From: Steroidobacteraceae bacterium
GTDB lineage: Bacteria > Pseudomonadota > Gammaproteobacteria > Steroidobacterales > Steroidobacteraceae
Assembly (NCBI GenBank): GCA_046352935.1
Contig: JAXMGR010000021.1
Coordinates: 6,089 to 70,088 of the forward strand
DNA length: 64,000 bases
Direction: 5' to 3'
Under the pieces are notes generated by a model. It ran no database searches, had not been told where the DNA came from, and saw only the letters and a program-made list of their open reading frames with translations. Positions 62,245-64,000 of the stretch are shown one piece after another. Position 1 is the stretch's first letter; every line of letters starts with the position of its first letter. A program made the translations under genes and the position numbers.

Positions 62245-64000
62245 AGGCGGGTCACCTTCAGGCGGGGACTGGCTTCCATCGCCCCGCTCATGACGTCGAG
62301 GTTCTTCATGTCGTAGTCGAACAATGCGCTGAAGTGTACGCCGGTCCGCCGCGCGCGCGGCGGCAGGCTCTTCGCCCAGTTGCCGCCCGCATGGTCCATG
62401 CCCACGCATTCGGGGTGGATGCACTCGCTCAGGACGGCGATGCCCTCGATCTCGCCGCCGCCGGTGCTCTCCACCCGGACCCGGTCGCCGTCCGCGATGC
62501 CCCTGGAACGGGCATAACGACGATTGAGAACGACCTTGCCCGACATCGGGTGGTGCTGGCCCAGCTCGCCCAGCCAGGCATTGAAGTTCGAGAACGTGCC
62601 CGTGCGGAAGGTCTGCTTGAAGCTGACCCCGTACAGGTCGAAGCCGGCGGGTTGCGCGCCATGCGCGGGGCCCGGGTACCAGCCCGGCAGCGGGCGATAG
62701 CGCGAAGTGTCCCAGGCGATGCCCATGGACCGCGTCAGCGCAGCGATCTTCTCGCCGACGTCGAGAACGTATTCGTAATAGACGGGTATCCGCGCCGTGT
62801 AGAACATGCGCGGATAGCGTTCCTGAACCGACTTCTTCCAGCTCAGGCGCCCGTCCTTCGCCACGTCCTCGAGCGTGCGCTGGCCCGCCGTCATGGAACG
62901 GATCCAGTGATCGGTCAGTTCCGCATGGCCGTAATGGCGTTCCGGCTGCAGCTGGAACGGCTCCTCCAGCTCCATGAAGTGGTTCACCATGCGGTTGAAC
63001 TCGGGAAGGATGCCCATGGCCTGCGCGATGTCGATCCAGATGTCGACGTGGTGGCGGTTGCCGAGGTCGACGACGGGCTGGCGCAGCGCGATGCAGTACT
63101 CATCCGTCGCCGTGGAGCCCATGGTGTCGGGGATGTTGTTGGCCCCCATGTCCAGCCGCTCGAGCTGCGTCTGGGTCGGGATCACGATGTCGGCGAACTC
63201 CGCGGTCTCGTCGAGGTTGGGCACGATCGAGAGCTGGAACCCGTACTTCTTCAGGTATTCGGCCTGCACCTTCGGGTTGGCCTGGTTCAGCATCGGATTG
63301 CCCACGACGTGCACGAAGGCGAGCGGGTTGTGCGGGATGCGGTTGTTGAAGCGTTCCGGATCGAGCACGTTCATCGTTGCGAGCGCAACGCTCATGAATC
63401 CGACACCGGCTCCGACCAGCTCGTTGCCGGCCATCGAGGCCGGCCCGCGGACCTCGCGAGGCGGATAGGGGGCGGGGAAATTGTCGGCGTAGGTCCCGAC
63501 CTTCCCGGGGACGAGGATGCCGTCCACCTCGCGCAGCCCGGAACCGCGACCCATCCAGGTGCTGTGCTCCGCGAACTCGGGATGGTGCGCATAGACCGTA
63601 TCGGCCAGCAGTCCGCCGGGTACGTCGATGGCGCCCACGAGCGTGTTCAGCATCGCGACGGCGAGACCCTGCTCGAAGGCCTGCGCGTGCAGGCTGATGC
63701 CGCGGTACCAGTGTGCGCAGGCGGGCCGCAGGGGCAGGGTGTGGCCGTCGATGTCGACGGTTGCACCGATCGACGCCGCGGTGCCGAACTCCCGTGCGAG
63801 CCGGCGGATGGTTTCGGCCGGAATGGTCGTGATCTCCGCCGTGCGCTCCGGCGTGTAGTCAGCGAGGTGCTGCTTCAGTTTCGCGAACGCGGGCTGGCAG
63901 GGCTCGCCGTTCACCTCGAAGCGACCCTCCATGACGGCCGTGCGCAGCGTGGCGTCGTCATGAGCCTTCACGCAGTGGTCGTCGGCGTCCCACAGCAGCG
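62241..64000 (-). CDS. cytoplasmic molybdopterin oxidoreductase, paralogue A (C-terminal ~585 aa; N-terminus outside the window)
   Basis: The frame stays open to the window edge: my translation of 63972-64000 gives ...LLWDADDHCVK, preceding the track's MKAHDD. It is colinear with paralogue B and, by eye, about 75% identical at the protein level. Confidence 0.85.
   Translation of the reverse strand, partial: LLWDADDHCVKAHDDATLRTAVMEGRFEVNGEPCQPAFAKLKQHLADYTPERTAEITTIPAETIRRLAREFGTAASIGATVDIDGHTLPLRPACAHWYRGISLHAQAFEQGLAVAMLNTLVGAIDVPGGLLADTVYAHHPEFAEHSTWMGRGSGLREVDGILVPGKVGTYADNFPAPYPPREVRGPASMAGNELVGAGVGFMSVALATMNVLDPERFNNRIPHNPLAFVHVVGNPMLNQANPKVQAEYLKKYGFQLSIVPNLDETAEFADIVIPTQTQLERLDMGANNIPDTMGSTATDEYCIALRQPVVDLGNRHHVDIWIDIAQAMGILPEFNRMVNHFMELEEPFQLQPERHYGHAELTDHWIRSMTAGQRTLEDVAKDGRLSWKKSVQERYPRMFYTARIPVYYEYVLDVGEKIAALTRSMGIAWDTSRYRPLPGWYPGPAHGAQPAGFDLYGVSFKQTFRTGTFSNFNAWLGELGQHHPMSGKVVLNRRYARSRGIADGDRVRVESTGGGEIEGIAVLSECIHPECVGMDHAGGNWAKSLPPRARRTGVHFSALFDYDMKNLDVMSGAMEASPRLKVTRL

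Overview
High-GC (roughly 68-70%) chromosomal segment. Gene content and order point to a gammaproteobacterium, possibly Nevskiales, Steroidobacter or Xanthomonadales-like, but that is inference from synteny only: kdsD-kdsC-lptC-lptA-lptB-rpoN-hpf-ptsN-rapZ, petABC-sspB, tkt-gap-pgk-pyk. About 55 protein-coding genes are supported and most are core housekeeping. They cover the methyl cycle (mtnP, ahcY, metK), central carbon metabolism (tkt, gap, pgk, pyk, PPi-dependent pfp), energy (hppA, petABC), envelope (mpl, murA, kdsCD, lptABC), and rpoN and its neighbours. I found no rRNA, tRNA, CRISPR array, transposase, integrase or phage genes. Supported non-coding features are an SAH riboswitch ahead of ahcY, three hairpin terminators, one extended -10 promoter, and a family of about 140-165 bp palindromic intergenic repeats at three loci. 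The parts most worth follow-up are listed here. (1) A two-gene operon (23966-28706) pairs a single-chain double acyl-CoA dehydrogenase with a tri-domain protein: a Cys-less thiolase-like domain, a beta-barrel, and a crotonase hydratase. (2) Two tandem, translationally coupled, about 75% identical cytoplasmic Mo-bisPGD oxidoreductase paralogues sit at the right edge (59629-64000). (3) The MITE/REP-like repeat family. (4) A hydantoinase A/B - acyl-CoA ligase operon lies divergent from a ThDP enzyme. (5) A MoxR AAA+/VWA pair is welded onto the end of the glycolytic operon. Coding coordinates were anchored on the supplied ORF track plus residue counting. Non-coding coordinates were read from the printed sequence and may be off by 1-2 nt.
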